A program made the position numbers and the translations under genes. From assembly GCA_038087875.1 (NCBI GenBank), contig CM075989.1, positions 6,634,001 through 6,698,000 on the forward strand: 64,000 nucleotides of DNA, given 5' to 3'. Source of the stretch: Malacoraja senta (lineage: Eukaryota). The notes under the pieces were generated by a model. That model did not search any database. It worked only from the letters and a program-made list of their open reading frames with translations, and had not been told where the DNA came from. Positions 61,896 to 64,000 of the stretch are shown here, in pieces; the first letter of the stretch is position 1, and every line of letters begins with the position of its first letter.

Positions 61896-62399
61896 TCATG
61901 TTCGGCATGGTCAGTGTGGGCCGAAGGGCCTGTTTTTGTTCTGTACTGTTCTACATTCTATCTCCTTGTATGGGAAAAGCTGGTGGAATCAGCTCCACAT
62001 ATCTATTGATTACATTGTTGTTACCAATCGAGTGGCAAGTTACAAAAACAGTGACAACGTCTCTTCAAAGGGCATGAAAGCATTTAATTTTAGATTCCAA
62101 TCAGGTAGTCACAGTTGAGAATCAATTCACTGAGGCTTATTTCAGCCGAAATGCCATGAGTGCTGGTGGGCAAAGCTTTGATCTCCTTAGGGTGCCCGAG
62201 CTTAAACTAAACACATCCAGTGGGCTGTGAATGGGAACTGATTCTTCGGTTTCTTTAAAGCAGCAAGGTCAGCAAAGTAAAAAAAAAACTGCGGCAATCT
62301 TCAATGCAAAGAGAAAAGGCTGAAGATGCTCAGAAGGTCAGGCAGCATCTACGGAAAGGAAAACAGAGGCAAGGCTTCAGGTGAAAGACTGCATGGTCG

Positions 62400-62700
62400 A
62401 GGGGCGGCAATGGTAGAGTTGCTGCCTTACAACACCAGAGACCCGGGTTCGATCCTGACTAGGGGTGCTGTCTGTGTGGAGTTTGTACTTTCTCTGTGTG
62501 ACTGCGTGGGTTTTCTCCTGGTGCTCCGGTTTTCTCCCACACTCCAAAGACTTACAGGTTTGTAGGTTAAGTTGCAAAAAGCATCCCCAGTGTGTGTAGG
62601 TTACTGTTTGTGAATGGCATGACTGCCAGTGATCGCTGGTTGGCACCGGCTCAGCGGGCCGAAGGGCCTGTTTCCTCGCTGTATCTCTAAAGTCTAAAGT
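62400..62700 (+). mobile_element. HE1/V-SINE-type SINE
   Basis: Head, V-domain and tail. Confidence 0.88.
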
Positions 62701-62947
62701 GTAAAATCTACAGTTTCTGGTGTCTCCTCATTACATCCTTCCAGAGAGTGAAGTGAGTGCCTCAGCCGAACGTGTAGTATCCCCCTTAGTGTTTGCAAGA
62801 GAAATTCAGCTGAGAACTTTGTGCATAATTCTCAGCTGGAACTTAAACCTGAAACCTACACAACATGGCTGCCACCCAAGGAAGCATGGTCACCTGCATT
62901 ATTGTGGAAAAACAGAAACATGGAACGGCAGATTTACAAAAAAGGGC

Positions 62948-63485
62948 ACAATAGACAATAGACAATAGGTGCAGGAGTAGGCCATTTGGCCCTTCGAGCC
63001 AGCACCGCCATTTAATGTGATCACGGCTGATCATCCCCAATCAGTACCCCGTTCCTGCCTTCTCCCCATATCCCCTGACTACGCTATTTTTAAGAGCCCT
63101 ATCTAGCTCTCTCTTGAAAGTATCCAGAAAACCGGCCTCCACCGCCCTCTGAGGCAGAGAATTCCACAGACTCACCACTCTCTGTGAGAAAAAGTGTTTC
63201 CTCGTCTCCGTTCTAAATGGCTTACTCCTTATTCTTAAACTGTGTGGCCCCTGGTTCTGGACTCCCCCAACATCGGGAACATGTTTCCTGCCTCCAGCGT
63301 GTCCAAACCCTTAACAATCTTATATGTTTCAATGAGATCCCCTCTCATCCTTTTAAACTCCAGAGTGTACAAGCCCAGCCGCTCCATTCTCTCAGCATAT
63401 GACAGTCCCGCCATCCCGGGAATTAACCTTGTAAACCCACGCTGCACTCCCTCAATAGCAAGAATGTCCTTCCTCAAATTAGGGG
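62948..63485 (-). mobile_element. CR1 LINE 3' fragment
   Basis: PNLRKDILAIEGVQRGFTRLIPGMAGLSYAERMERLGLYTLEF; (ATTGTCT)n tail. Confidence 0.92.
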
Positions 63486-63647
63486 ACACAAAACGCTGGA
63501 GTAACTCAGCGGATAGGGCAGCATAACTGAAAAACATGGATCGTCTGAAGAATCTGAAGTTTGAAGAAGGGTCCCGACCTGAAACGTCACCCATCCATGT
63601 TTCTCCAGGGATGCTGCCTGACCCGTTGAGGTACTCCAGCACTTTGA

Positions 63648-63913
63648 ACGGCCTGTCCCACTTGGGCGTCATTTGCGCGTCACGCAGGTGGCGCACGAAG
63701 ATTTCGTGAATCCCAAAATCCTAGGGCGCTGCGCACGACCGTGCGTCACTGCCTACGTCACCACGCACCATGCGCGCGTAATGCACGGTATGCGCGCGTA
63801 AATTACACGCCATGTGAGTATCACTAGCGTCACGATGTGCGCGTCGTGCGTCGTGACACGTAAATGATGTCGCGTAAATGACGGGCAAATGACGCCCAAG
63901 TGGGACAGGCCCT
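63648..63913. mobile_element. Harbinger-like MITE, subfamily E
   Basis: TIR GGCCTGTCCCACTTGGGCGTCATTTGC; TGA duplicated (63645-63647, 63914-63916). Inserted in the tail of a Penelope-derived element. Confidence 0.85.
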
Positions 63914-64000
63914 TGAGTCTTTCTTTGCTTTACTGTGGATATCAAGGTGAAGATATCAAGCAATCTGTTTTTAATATAATTAACACTGCCCTGGTTTCTG

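Noticed and set aside
19720..64000. Exons of ST8SIA2, the downstream neighbour of SLCO3A1 in mammals, or of any other host gene
   Set aside because: No sialyl motifs or other recognisable protein text found by eye; small exons could have been missed.

Overview
Repeat-dense vertebrate genomic DNA, most likely a cartilaginous fish (skate/ray), inferred from HE1/V-SINE-type SINEs that share their 3' tail with CR1 (HER1-like) LINEs. The only host gene I recognise is the 3' end of an SLCO3A1 (OATP3A1)-like organic anion transporter on the + strand: three coding exons (12291-12466, 15827-15891, 18615-18999) and a 3'UTR. The terminal exon carries two +1 frameshifts in homopolymer runs, probably assembly errors. 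The remainder is intron or intergenic DNA holding CR1 and Rex1 LINE fragments, dozens of tRNA-derived SINEs, a rearranged Tc1 (DD34E) transposon, micro- and minisatellites and a 200-N gap. Two systems stand out. (1) More than 20 short Penelope-derived elements carry a minimal hammerhead-ribozyme-like core (CTGAAGA-A-stem-GAAAC-GT[C/T]); they often insert as head-to-head palindromes with 13-15 bp TSDs, and one sits in the SLCO3A1 splice acceptor. (2) Six different CpG-rich Harbinger-like MITEs share a CTGTC(C/T)CAC terminus and 3-bp TNA-type TSDs, each filled with its own short motif at roughly 10-11 bp spacing. Also seen: an old, diverged long inverted repeat (51959-53474), a structured RTE-like 454 bp retroposon, and a candidate alternative last exon of SLCO3A1. 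All repeat-family names and protein comparisons are from memory; no database was searched.
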